Positions 1-8,941 of a DNA stretch of 22,243 bases are shown here, piece by piece; positions within the stretch are counted from its first letter, which is position 1; every line of letters starts with the position of its first letter. The notes beneath the pieces are model-generated. The model searched no databases, had not been told where the DNA came from, and saw only the letters and a list, made by a program, of their open reading frames with translations. Location of the stretch: contig CAYUTF010000034.1 in the NCBI GenBank assembly GCA_964447495.1, positions 1-22,243 of the forward strand, in the 5' to 3' direction. Made by a program: the position numbers and the translations under genes. This DNA comes from an uncultured archaeon. Lineage in GTDB: Archaea; Asgardarchaeota; Lokiarchaeia; Sigyniarchaeales; SOKP01.

Positions 1-191
1 CAGGTACAGCAAAGATAGAAATTCTTTTTATGAATATGGATGATTATGTTGAAGACATAAAAAAATTAATTTGTGCAGGTAAAGATAAACAGCAATTACG
101 TCATGATATGGCTCAATTAGTTTACCCATTGACCTTATTTGAATTAGGAGAGCTTTTTATCTTTTTAGGAAAAAGGGCATTTTTAAAATAA
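1..191 (+). CDS. 3' end of a hypothetical protein (partial, runs off the window edge)
   Basis: The frame starting at base 3 is open for 62 codons (GTAKIEILFMNMDDYVEDIKK...FLGKRAFLK) to TAA at 189-191 and converges on the next gene. No family recognised. Confidence 0.55.
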   Translation, partial: GTAKIEILFMNMDDYVEDIKKLICAGKDKQQLRHDMAQLVYPLTLFELGELFIFLGKRAFLK

Positions 192-239
192 TGGTCTGTT
201 TTATTATTCTATTTTTAACACTTTTAATATACTTAAAAA

Positions 240-1214
240 TTAAGAATCAAGAGTAGTAATTGATCTTGATTGAAGTGCATATAAAATATCATTTTCAATA
301 GCCCATTCAATATCTTGTGGATATTTCATGCATTTTTCAAGTTTTAATCCCAAATGATAGAGTTTATTGAGTTGTAATTGATTTAAGGAACATATCTTCT
401 TTAAATTATCGTCCATATCAATTAGAATGGTTGATGATCCTTCTGGATTTAGTACTGACTTTTTTTCTTTTTCTCCGATTATTTTAGTCAGAATTGTCGC
501 GTTTTTTTTATTTAAAATTATCACATCAGGTATGATAGCATTATTGGTGATAGTATCTCCTAAACCCCAAGTTGAATTGATCATCATTTCTCCTAGATTA
601 TTGTTGATAACATTAGCGGTAAATAATACTCCAGATGCGTCGGGATTAATCATTTTTTGGATGATTACAGCAATTTCAATATCTAGTAAGGAGAGCTCTA
701 CTCCCATTTTTTTCATATGAAGAATATAGAGGAGAGCTTGAGGTGAAAATAACGATGCCCAGCATTTTCTTATTGAAAGCATAATTTCTTCAAGATTTTT
801 AGTATTAAGAAAGCTTTCAGCTTGTCCTGCAAAAGAAAAATTTTCTGAATCTTCTATGTTTGCTGAAGATCTAACCGCAAATGATGGATTTTCACCTAAA
901 ATTTCTTTAACTTTATGAAAAGCCTTTCTTATTTCGCTTATTATTTTTTTTGGAATATTGGAACTTAAAAATAAATCTTTTATTTTACTTGAAATATTTA
1001 TCACAGATTTTGGATGATATTCTTTTGATAATATTTCAAAAATCTCATCTTGAAACTTAGATTCTTGAAGGAATAATTTATATGATTTTGTATTGATAAT
1101 AAATCCTGGAGGGACATTTAACCCGATATTCGCCATTTCAATGATGGTTGAACCTTTTCTGCCATATAACTCACTGTTGCTAGTTTCTTCATCTATAAAT
1201 CCTATATATTCCAT
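240..1214 (-). CDS. Stand-alone PEP/pyruvate-binding (PPDK_N, ATP-grasp) domain protein, PEP synthase/phenylphosphate synthase beta-like
   Basis: Motifs GRKG..I, VPPGF, FAVRSSA..EDS..FSFAGQ, ASGVLFT, WGLG and PQDIEWA...LQSRSIT. The protein ends right after the ATP-binding domain. Confidence 0.92.
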   Translation of the reverse strand: MEYIGFIDEETSNSELYGRKGSTIIEMANIGLNVPPGFIINTKSYKLFLQESKFQDEIFEILSKEYHPKSVINISSKIKDLFLSSNIPKKIISEIRKAFHKVKEILGENPSFAVRSSANIEDSENFSFAGQAESFLNTKNLEEIMLSIRKCWASLFSPQALLYILHMKKMGVELSLLDIEIAVIIQKMINPDASGVLFTANVINNNLGEMMINSTWGLGDTITNNAIIPDVIILNKKNATILTKIIGEKEKKSVLNPEGSSTILIDMDDNLKKICSLNQLQLNKLYHLGLKLEKCMKYPQDIEWAIENDILYALQSRSITTLDS

Positions 1215-1246
1215 AATTCTAAAAAGAGTTAAATCAAATTTGAAAA

Positions 1247-1603
1247 TTATTCAATTAAATAAATGAATCCTTTATTTTCTCCATTATGCTTAAGCAAAAC
1301 TCTCTTTCCATTCAAACTAGAAATATTTTTTCTGTTTAACTTTATAGCCATAATACAAGGAATGCCAAATTCCCTTGAAACGATGGCTAAATGAGATCCT
1401 GGCCCACCTGTAGTACAAATTGTCCCTACTAATTCTGATAATATAGGGCTTAGAGTTGTTATTCCGGCATCGTCCACAATGCATATTTTACCCGCAGCAG
1501 AATCAAATAAATTGACAACATCTTCTATGGTTTTAATATAAACTAATTCACCAGATACCTCTGTTTTTGATGAACAAGAAAAACCTTCTCCGATTTTTTC
1601 CAT
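1247..1603 (-). CDS. Stand-alone PEP-utilising enzyme mobile (phospho-His swivel) domain
   Basis: TTGGPGSHLAIVSREFGIPC matches the G-G-x-x-S-H-x-A-I-x-x-R-E-x-G-I-P phospho-His signature. The ATG at 1603 is preferred over the track's TTG at 1618 because GAGGA lies just upstream of it. Confidence 0.9.
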   Translation of the reverse strand: MEKIGEGFSCSSKTEVSGELVYIKTIEDVVNLFDSAAGKICIVDDAGITTLSPILSELVGTICTTGGPGSHLAIVSREFGIPCIMAIKLNRKNISSLNGKRVLLKHNGENKGFIYLIE

Positions 1604-1703
1604 AGTAATATTCCTCAATTTAAATCGAAATGAGATAAACTAATTACATTTTAATTTTTTATATAATACTTAAATTTTATCAAAGGGTCTTATAAGATGT
1701 TTA

Positions 1704-1717
1704 AAACTTTATATAAA
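1704..1717 (+). promoter_or_regulatory. Putative archaeal BRE/TATA promoter in the divergent intergenic region
   Basis: AAAAC-TTTATATAAA lies about 50 bp upstream of the ATG at 1769. AT-rich background lowers specificity. Confidence 0.45.
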
Positions 1718-1768
1718 ATAGAAGTCTTTATAGATGTAACTTTATTTTAATTTCGGAGCGCAACGTAG

Positions 1769-2926
1769 ATGAATGTGAATGAAGCCAATGAATTGATTAA
1801 GAAAGCATCAGAACTTGTGGACTTTCAAGTTTCAAAACGTGGTCTCTTAGAAAGTCAACTTTTTCCAGTAACCGCCTATATTTGTGTATCTTTTTATAAT
1901 GCTTATGATATGCTTTATGATGTATTGAGTAAAGTCGCAAAAAAGACCACTCCCGAAAAAATGGGGAAAGAAAGTAGAAAAATCTTATCAGAAATTCACG
2001 CCTTAAGTATCTTTTATCTTCCTTTATATTATATGGTTGGAAGAATGGGGGAAATCTCAAGAAATAATGGAGATCCACAAACAGAAACGGTAGAAAAGAG
2101 AGAACAGACAATATTTGTGTTAGACTTCTGGAATCGTTTGGCTCGATCCTATTTTCCAAATAATCAATTATCTGTGTATGACTCCAATAAAAAAAATGTC
2201 GCATTAAATCAGGAAGATGTTGACTGGGTTAATGATAGAATCGTTGATGTCACTTTTGAGAAAGCAAATAAGATAAAGAGAATAATGGCAAATCTTGAAA
2301 CTCTATCCTTTCTAGATGAGTGCGAGGCTAGAGCAAAAATATGTGACCATGGGCCATATGAAGTAGGAAATAATGAAAAATTGGTTTTTAGAGAAATATC
2401 ACACTTATATGATGGCGGTAAACCTCATTTTACTTGGTCTAAGACAGAAGCGGAAGCACCTTATAATAATATTGCATTTGTATATCGCCTGAAAGATGTT
2501 GAGGTATCATTCGATGACTTTGCTACTCTTGAAACAAATCCTGCTGATTTTTCTAAACATATTACCGGTATAGGGCTGTTTATAAGAGAGGGGGAAAAGG
2601 TCAAAACAATTGATTTTGATGAACTTCAACCTTTTAGCGACTATTCTGTTAATGCCAATAAAGAATTATTTCTTAAATTTTCGAAATGGGACCGAAAACA
2701 AAGATTAATTGCAGGAGCATATGCATATTGTTATGGTTATGCTAGATTTACAAACTTCATAGGATTTACAGATGAAGTTAATTGGGATCTCACAGAAAGA
2801 ACCATGAATAAATATATTCCTCATTTTATGGAAAGTGATTTTGACCCTGGTATCCCCCGTCTTTTTAGAAGCAAAGCTAAGAAAAAGAGAGAAGGACCAT
2901 CACTATATTTACTGCCAGAGGATTAA
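1769..2926 (+). CDS. Conserved hypothetical protein, candidate partner of the split PEP-utilising enzyme
   Basis: 385-aa ORF with GGAG upstream. Segments LESQLFPVTAYI, VLDFW and DHGPY resemble uncharacterised proteins I recall next to PEP-utiliser genes in Actinobacteria (recall only, unverified). Confidence 0.7.
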   Translation: MNVNEANELIKKASELVDFQVSKRGLLESQLFPVTAYICVSFYNAYDMLYDVLSKVAKKTTPEKMGKESRKILSEIHALSIFYLPLYYMVGRMGEISRNNGDPQTETVEKREQTIFVLDFWNRLARSYFPNNQLSVYDSNKKNVALNQEDVDWVNDRIVDVTFEKANKIKRIMANLETLSFLDECEARAKICDHGPYEVGNNEKLVFREISHLYDGGKPHFTWSKTEAEAPYNNIAFVYRLKDVEVSFDDFATLETNPADFSKHITGIGLFIREGEKVKTIDFDELQPFSDYSVNANKELFLKFSKWDRKQRLIAGAYAYCYGYARFTNFIGFTDEVNWDLTERTMNKYIPHFMESDFDPGIPRLFRSKAKKKREGPSLYLLPED

Positions 2927-2931
2927 TTAAA

Positions 2932-3861
2932 ATGGATGGAAAAAAAGAATCCTTTAATTTAAATGATTCTGATGAATTCCTCCATATCCCTACTGAGGAA
3001 CTAAAGTGGCGCGAATCTTATTACTTTAATTGGGTAGATGTTGAAAATAAAATCTCAGGTTTTTCTACAATTGGTATTGTTCCCAATGAAAATAAGCGTG
3101 AATTCGTTTTTATTTTATTTTTGAAGGATAGAAATGAAATCTACTATAAAGAACCTTCACTTGAGAAATATGATAATGATATTAATCACATGTTGCGAGA
3201 AAAGAGACTTATTTATAAACTAATTACTCCTTTTAAAAAATGGCAAATAGAATATGCCTCAAGAAAGCTATCCTTTAATATTAGTTTTGAAACCCGATTT
3301 CCTAGTTATAGCTTTGGAAAAGATTCTTCAGCTTCTTGGCATCAGCATTTTGAGGCTTCTGGACTTATAAGTGGATCATTAAGTGTTAATAACAGAAATA
3401 TTTTAAAGATTAAAGGGTATGGACAGAGAGATAAGAGTTGGGGGTTTAGAGATTGGCACCAATTTGATAAATGGTATGCTGCCCATTTTCAATTTAAAGA
3501 ATGGTCATGTGCTTTTCGTAAAGATTATATAAACACTAGAATTGATCTTTCAGGTCATTTGTCCCGTAAAGAAGGGAATATTCCCTTGGAATCATTAGAG
3601 ATTGAAACTGAAATTGATAATGATCAATTTAAGAGTCCCCTTTCAAGTATTTATACTATTACTGATAAGACAGGGGCTATTTATGAAATTAGAGCAGAAC
3701 GAATAAAAAAAGATTCTTTTATCAGATTTGTAAGAAATTTTCCTACTGGTTATACTGAATTATTTGAACAAATGGTAGTAATGAAGAATTTAGACACCGG
3801 TGAAGTTGGGAGTGGAATGATGGAACATCTCAGAACAATAAAAATTAATCATAAAATATAA
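2932..3861 (+). CDS. AttH/CrtC/tocopherol-cyclase-like beta-barrel protein (DUF7064-like)
   Basis: WRESYYFNW, HFEASG..SG.L and G.GQRDKSWGFRDW motifs. It starts 5 bp after the upstream stop, so it is probably co-transcribed. Confidence 0.7.
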   Translation: MDGKKESFNLNDSDEFLHIPTEELKWRESYYFNWVDVENKISGFSTIGIVPNENKREFVFILFLKDRNEIYYKEPSLEKYDNDINHMLREKRLIYKLITPFKKWQIEYASRKLSFNISFETRFPSYSFGKDSSASWHQHFEASGLISGSLSVNNRNILKIKGYGQRDKSWGFRDWHQFDKWYAAHFQFKEWSCAFRKDYINTRIDLSGHLSRKEGNIPLESLEIETEIDNDQFKSPLSSIYTITDKTGAIYEIRAERIKKDSFIRFVRNFPTGYTELFEQMVVMKNLDTGEVGSGMMEHLRTIKINHKI

Positions 3862-3870
3862 TCAAAATGA
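3781..3870 (+). repeat. Copy 1 of a diverged 90-bp direct repeat (3' end of the 2932-3861 gene)
   Basis: Aligns without gaps to 4593-4682. The 16-mer TGGAATGATGGAACAT is identical at 3813-3828 and 4625-4640. Confidence 0.85.
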
Positions 3871-3914
3871 TTCCAGACATCAAATTTAAATGAGATTCAC
3901 GGAACAAAAAGATA

Positions 3915-4514
3915 TTACAGAACTGTAAAGGATGAAAGAGCTCTTTTTTGTAATTCTATCTGCTCCTTTTTCCATTGAAAATCTACTAGTTGTCCATTCG
4001 ATCTAAGTTTTTTCCATTTTTCTTCCACAATCTCTTCTAAATATAAAATCAGTAGTTCCTGATTCTTTTCCTCATTGAGCATTGTGACAAGACGATTGGT
4101 GAAAACCATGGAGGGAAATATGTACTTATTTTTCTCCACAAATGTAATCAACTGAAATACATCAGAATTAGGCTCCCAATCATCATATGTTGTTCGATCT
4201 ATAAAATTGTCCCTTTGCCATAAAATTCCTCCTAGTTCGAGTATATCCATTGATTCATATTTATATGATTTATTAACTTTAGGGAGGAAGTATTCATGCT
4301 GAAGAAAAAATAACTTCGAGATGTGTCTTTCTTTCTGTTTATTGGTATAGTAATTAGTAAATACATAATGAAATACTTTAGCACAATCATATATCACTAT
4401 CTCTTGATTTCCTATATATTCAAAACCTTTTGCTAGCTGTAATTTAATTGAAAGCGCCCCCGAAATGTTTATTTGATGACCTGAAATCTCAATATCAATG
4501 AGTTTTTGCGACAT
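3915..4514 (-). CDS. Hypothetical (orphan) protein inserted antisense into the plus-strand gene series
   Basis: 199-aa ORF with ATG start and AGGT upstream. No recognisable motif. Confidence 0.7.
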   Translation of the reverse strand: MSQKLIDIEISGHQINISGALSIKLQLAKGFEYIGNQEIVIYDCAKVFHYVFTNYYTNKQKERHISKLFFLQHEYFLPKVNKSYKYESMDILELGGILWQRDNFIDRTTYDDWEPNSDVFQLITFVEKNKYIFPSMVFTNRLVTMLNEEKNQELLILYLEEIVEEKWKKLRSNGQLVDFQWKKEQIELQKRALSSFTVL

Positions 4515-4592
4515 ATTAACTTTTTACCTGTATTAATTTAAACAGTTATTAGATATGAACTTTAATCTTTAAATCACTTGTATATAGAAATT

Positions 4593-4682
4593 TTGAAAAA
4601 TCTTAATACAAGGGAGAACGGAACTGGAATGATGGAACATTTAAGAATAATAAAATTCAATTATAATGTAAAATCAATGTGA
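4593..4682 (+). pseudogene. Relic 3' fragment of a homolog of the 2932-3861 gene (repeat copy 2)
   Basis: Translates as LKNLNTRENGTGMMEHLRIIKFNYNVKSM* versus MKNLDTGEVGSGMMEHLRTIKINHKI* (16/26 identical). An in-frame stop lies upstream at 4563-4565. Confidence 0.8.
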
Positions 4683-4687
4683 TAATA

Positions 4688-6331
4688 ATGGTAAAATTTA
4701 AAAGAGGACACCTCTATTATCCTAGAATTCCCGTCCAGGCTTTGCTGGAAGATACTGCAGGAAGATTTCCCGAGAGATTCGCTTTTCTATATCCTATGAG
4801 AATGACTTTTCAAGAGTTTAAAAGAAAAGTAGATATTTTTGCAACTATATTGAAAAATTTAGGCGTGAAAAAAGGAGATCGGGTTGCTTTATTCAGCCCA
4901 AATTCGATAGAGTGGGAGATCTCTTTTTATGGCTTAGAGAAAGCGGGGGCAATCTTGGTCCCAATGAATCCACAATTTAAAGAAACTGAAGTAAAATACG
5001 AGTTAAATGATTCAGGTGCTGAAACTGTCATAGTTTCTCAAAACCTTTATTCTGTTCTAGATAAAGTGAGATCCCAAACATTTCTCAAGCATGTTATAAT
5101 TATGGAGTCTGAAGAGGGAGCCAATATTGAACTACCAGAAGGAACATTAGGATGGTCCCGATTAATGGAAACAACTACTTCAAATCCTCCAGATATAAGT
5201 TTTGATACTGAAGAAGATCTCGCAGCTCTCGTATACACCAGTGGAACAACAGGACTTCCAAAAGGCACCATGCTCACCCATTATAATATCGTTTCAAATG
5301 TTATTCAAGTATCACAGATTTTCGAATTAAGTGAGTTAGATGTTGCTATGATTGTCTTGCCTCTCTACCACATTTATGGATTAAATGTTGGAATGAATCA
5401 ATCAATATGGTTGGGGGCAGCACAAGTGGTTACACCCCGATTTGATGTAAGAGAATTTTGTGAACTAATTGAGCGATATCAAGTCTCATACAGTTTGTGT
5501 GTTCCTCCAATATTTTTAGCAGTAGTTAGGCATCTTGAAGACCCAAAAAATAATGGATATGATTGGACCAATCTCAAGATCTTTAATAATGGTGCAGCGC
5601 CCATTCCTTTAGAGCTTCTCGATAGGTTTGATAAACTTGCGAGAGAGAAATGTAATGCTTTAGAAGTAACCGTACAACATGGATGGGGTTTAACCGAAGC
5701 ATCTCCGGTAGTTGCAGTCAATCCAATGTATAGACCCAAAATGGAATCTCAAGGAACGCTCATTCCCGATACTTTTCATAAAATAATTGATATTGAAACT
5801 GGTAAAGAGTTATCGGAACGCGGACAAGTGGGAGAACTCGTTATTAAAGGACCTCAGGTCATGAAAGGATATTGGAACAAGCCAGAAGATACTGAAAACG
5901 CTTTTTGGATTGATCCTATTACGGATGAAAAATGGTTAAAAACGGGCGACATGGCTCATATAGATGAAGATGAATATGAACATCTTGCCGATCGCATCAA
6001 GGAAATGATCAAATATAAGGGGTGGAGTATCGCTCCCGCTGAGCTCGAAGATTTACTTTTTAAGAATCCACACGTGTTTGATGCCGCTGTTATCGGCAAA
6101 CCATCCAAAGAACTCGATATCGGTCAAATACCTAAAGCTTTCATAATTTTAAAACCCGAATTTAAAGGAAAAGTGAGGGAGCAAGAGATCATAGATTGGG
6201 TAGCTGACCGTATTTCAGCTTATAAAAAAATCCGGGAGGTTGAATTCGTAGAATCCATCCCAAAATCTGGTTCTGGCAAAATTCTACGGAGAGAATTAAT
6301 GGAAATTGAGAAGAAAAGGGTGGAACTATAA
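4688..6331 (+). CDS. AMP-forming long-chain fatty-acid/aryl-CoA ligase (ANL superfamily)
   Basis: YTSGTTGLPKG, GWGLTE, TGD, DRIKEMIKYKG and PKSGSGKILR motifs. ATG at 4688 is the likely start (the track uses GTG at 4679). Confidence 0.95.
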   Translation: MVKFKRGHLYYPRIPVQALLEDTAGRFPERFAFLYPMRMTFQEFKRKVDIFATILKNLGVKKGDRVALFSPNSIEWEISFYGLEKAGAILVPMNPQFKETEVKYELNDSGAETVIVSQNLYSVLDKVRSQTFLKHVIIMESEEGANIELPEGTLGWSRLMETTTSNPPDISFDTEEDLAALVYTSGTTGLPKGTMLTHYNIVSNVIQVSQIFELSELDVAMIVLPLYHIYGLNVGMNQSIWLGAAQVVTPRFDVREFCELIERYQVSYSLCVPPIFLAVVRHLEDPKNNGYDWTNLKIFNNGAAPIPLELLDRFDKLAREKCNALEVTVQHGWGLTEASPVVAVNPMYRPKMESQGTLIPDTFHKIIDIETGKELSERGQVGELVIKGPQVMKGYWNKPEDTENAFWIDPITDEKWLKTGDMAHIDEDEYEHLADRIKEMIKYKGWSIAPAELEDLLFKNPHVFDAAVIGKPSKELDIGQIPKAFIILKPEFKGKVREQEIIDWVADRISAYKKIREVEFVESIPKSGSGKILRRELMEIEKKRVEL

Positions 6332-6554
6332 TTATTTATTCTAATTTTATGATTATTATAAGATTTTAAAAAATTTAGTTTAAAATGATTGCTTTAGTAT
6401 TTATAATTTACCGATATCTTCTTATTAGTCCTTTACGATTTTTAAAAAAATAAAAAATATTGAAAAGTTTAAATTCTAAATATTGTAAATCTAGTTAATT
6501 AAATTATTCTGAAAAATTTAAACATAAAAATTAGGAAAAAGGGTGTATTGGTAA

Positions 6555-7427
6555 GTGTGTCAATGGTGTACAAAACATGGCGCTGGAAAGAAATGGTACA
6601 TGAATTCTAAGAATTATCATGCGGATCAAATCTCATCTGAAGAAGATATGCGAGAGTATCTTACTGAACAATGGATGAATTTTGAGCAGATATATATTCG
6701 GAAGATAACAGGGTTCTCGTCTAAAGATTTGGGATATAAATTAAAGATGCCAATCATTGGAAGGATTCTTCGCTCCAAAGCAGAAGCCATGATTCATAGT
6801 GAAAAGAAAAATAGGAATCCTAAAAATGCTGATGGTCATTTTGGTCAGGTTATTCCATTAGAGGATGCTCAGATTATTATGTCTCAATTAGCTGACGAAC
6901 CGATCATTTTAAATTACTGTATGTGCCGTTGGATGCAAAGGAAAAAAAAGGAAGCGGTTTGTATTAATTTTGGGGTATTATCTGAAGTAATTGAAAAATT
7001 ACCACGTTTTATTCCTAAAGAGAGGACATGTAGAATTGATCGAGAAACTGCTATTGAAAAGTTAGAAGAATTTAATAAAAAGGGATATATCTCATCAGTT
7101 TGGTTCCAACCAGTTCCATATATTAATGCGATATGTTCTTGTGAAAGTCCCGAGTGCGGAGGATTTACATTAAGAAACAATTTTGATCTTCATGTCATGT
7201 ACAAGGCGGAATATATTATTCAACTTGACCAAGATAAATGTCAAGGATGCAAACAATGTGTAGCGATGTGTCAGTTAAATGCGATTCGCTATATTCCATC
7301 GATGGATAGAGTAATTATCGATTATAATAAATGCTTTGGATGTGGTATTTGTCGTCACGCATGCAAATATGATGCTTTAAAATTAATTCCGAGGGAGGAA
7401 TATCCCGGATTTGATGGAACGTATTAG
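6555..7427 (+). CDS. 4Fe-4S dicluster domain protein with a Cys-rich N-terminal region
   Basis: C-terminal CQGCKQCVAMC and CFGCGICRHAC motifs. Extra conserved-looking Cys sites CQWC..HG, CMCR and ICSC...C. GTG start. Confidence 0.85.
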   Translation: MCQWCTKHGAGKKWYMNSKNYHADQISSEEDMREYLTEQWMNFEQIYIRKITGFSSKDLGYKLKMPIIGRILRSKAEAMIHSEKKNRNPKNADGHFGQVIPLEDAQIIMSQLADEPIILNYCMCRWMQRKKKEAVCINFGVLSEVIEKLPRFIPKERTCRIDRETAIEKLEEFNKKGYISSVWFQPVPYINAICSCESPECGGFTLRNNFDLHVMYKAEYIIQLDQDKCQGCKQCVAMCQLNAIRYIPSMDRVIIDYNKCFGCGICRHACKYDALKLIPREEYPGFDGTY

Positions 7428-7435
7428 GTGATGAT

Positions 7436-7714
7436 ATGAGCAAGAGTAAAAAAAAGAAAAGGACCAAAATTGAAATTGACTATTCTATCTGTGGAGAAAA
7501 AGGCAAAATCGATCCCAGAGATTGTGGTTTATGCTTAAAATCATGTGATCCGGCGGTGTTTGTAATGCATCCAACAATTGGAACGGAAGATAAACAAGAA
7601 AACCCATATGATCCCCAGGATTGGCGTATTACGCCTATTTGGGGTTCTTTATGTTCTCGATGTTTTAAATGTGTTGAAATATGTCCTGAAAAAGCCATTA
7701 CCGTGTCGTGGTAA
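7436..7714 (+). CDS. Small ferredoxin-like 4Fe-4S protein
   Basis: C-x10-CGLCLKSCDP and CSRCFKCVEICP motifs. GGTGA ribosome-binding site overlaps the upstream stop. Confidence 0.85.
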   Translation: MSKSKKKKRTKIEIDYSICGEKGKIDPRDCGLCLKSCDPAVFVMHPTIGTEDKQENPYDPQDWRITPIWGSLCSRCFKCVEICPEKAITVSW

Positions 7715-7785
7715 AGGTAAACATATAACCTTTATATTATTTTTCTCCTTATTATTTTTTAGTCATGAATCAAAGGAAAGTATAG

Positions 7786-8922
7786 ATGATTAATTTGAGT
7801 GAAAGAGTTAAGAATATAATCAAAAGGAGTATCATAATTGATACGCTTAGTCATGGTCCCATCTTATGGACCGAGCCATTTATCAAAAAAACCGATGAGC
7901 TGTTAGCATTAGATCTCAATCCCTTCAAGATAGTCCAAGAATTATTATTAGATTTTTCGAAAGCTGCTGTTTCAGATGATGATTACTTTAATAACTTAAA
8001 AAGCGCATGGAAAGATTCGGGAGTGAATTGCGTAAGTTGGACACTTGGACCTATTCATGAAAAACCATACTCTCTCGAGGGTGTTCGGCACAATCTTGCA
8101 TTAATGACTCATCTTTTAGAGAATAGAGGGGAATTTTTTGTAAAAATCCTCCATGCCGAGGATATGAGATATGCTAAAATGGAAAAAAAAATTGGAGTTA
8201 TTTACAACCTGCAAGATTTAGGGTTTATCGGTACTGATCTCGAACTTTTAGAGCATTTTTATTTGATGGGATTTCGAATAATGCAATTAACATATAATAG
8301 TAAAAATAGCATTGGGACTGGCTGTACTGCAAGACGTGATAAAGGGTTAACGGAATTTGGATTAAAAGTTATTGAAAAAATTAATCAATTAAGGGCAGTT
8401 ATAGATATTTCACATTGTGGACCTCAAACATCTATGGATGCTGTTATAAATTCATTACAACCGGTAGTTGCATCTCATACATTAGCAGATAGTGTATTTA
8501 AACATGATAGGGCTAAATCAGATGAATTATTACAAATTATCGCAGAAAAAGGAGGGTATGTCGGTGTTTTAACGGTTCCAGGGTTTTTATCCAACAAATC
8601 AAAAACAACGATAGAGGATTGGCTAGATCACATAGATTATATTGTCAATTTAGTGGGGATTGATCATGTGGGAATTGGTACTGATTACTATGGCTATTCA
8701 TTACCAGATAATTTAGCCAAAAAAATTGATGAGCTAATTGGGATATTAGGATTTCGTCAAGAACATAGAGCTACTTTCTTGGACAAAATGGAGGATTTTG
8801 AGAGTTATGAAAAGTTTCCTAATTTAATCAAGGGATTAATTTCCAGAGGATACGGCGATAATGACATACAGAAAATAGCCGGAGAAAATTTTCTACGGGT
8901 TTTTCAAAAGATTGTAGGCTAA
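7786..8922 (+). CDS. Membrane dipeptidase (peptidase M19)-family amidohydrolase with atypical metal ligands
   Basis: QLTYN, GLTEFG, IDISH, ASHT, GIDHVGIGTD and KIAGENFLRV motifs. Confidence 0.9.
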   Translation: MINLSERVKNIIKRSIIIDTLSHGPILWTEPFIKKTDELLALDLNPFKIVQELLLDFSKAAVSDDDYFNNLKSAWKDSGVNCVSWTLGPIHEKPYSLEGVRHNLALMTHLLENRGEFFVKILHAEDMRYAKMEKKIGVIYNLQDLGFIGTDLELLEHFYLMGFRIMQLTYNSKNSIGTGCTARRDKGLTEFGLKVIEKINQLRAVIDISHCGPQTSMDAVINSLQPVVASHTLADSVFKHDRAKSDELLQIIAEKGGYVGVLTVPGFLSNKSKTTIEDWLDHIDYIVNLVGIDHVGIGTDYYGYSLPDNLAKKIDELIGILGFRQEHRATFLDKMEDFESYEKFPNLIKGLISRGYGDNDIQKIAGENFLRVFQKIVG

Positions 8923-8941
8923 AAAACCACTATATCAATTA

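Noticed and set aside
427-720. Short ORFs overlapping longer genes (also 1797-2204, 5047-5277, 5479-5739, 6914-7180, 7480-7698, 7578-7793, 9725-10006, 12020-12217, 14695-15045, 15319-15567, 16990-17187, 19626-19808)
   Set aside because: They overlap well-supported genes on the opposite strand or in another frame and carry no motifs.
3862-4592. Insertion sequence
   Set aside because: No transposase motifs or terminal inverted repeats seen.
3781-4682. Repeat pairs as diversity-generating retroelement TR/VR
   Set aside because: Mismatches are not adenine-specific and there is no reverse transcriptase in the window.
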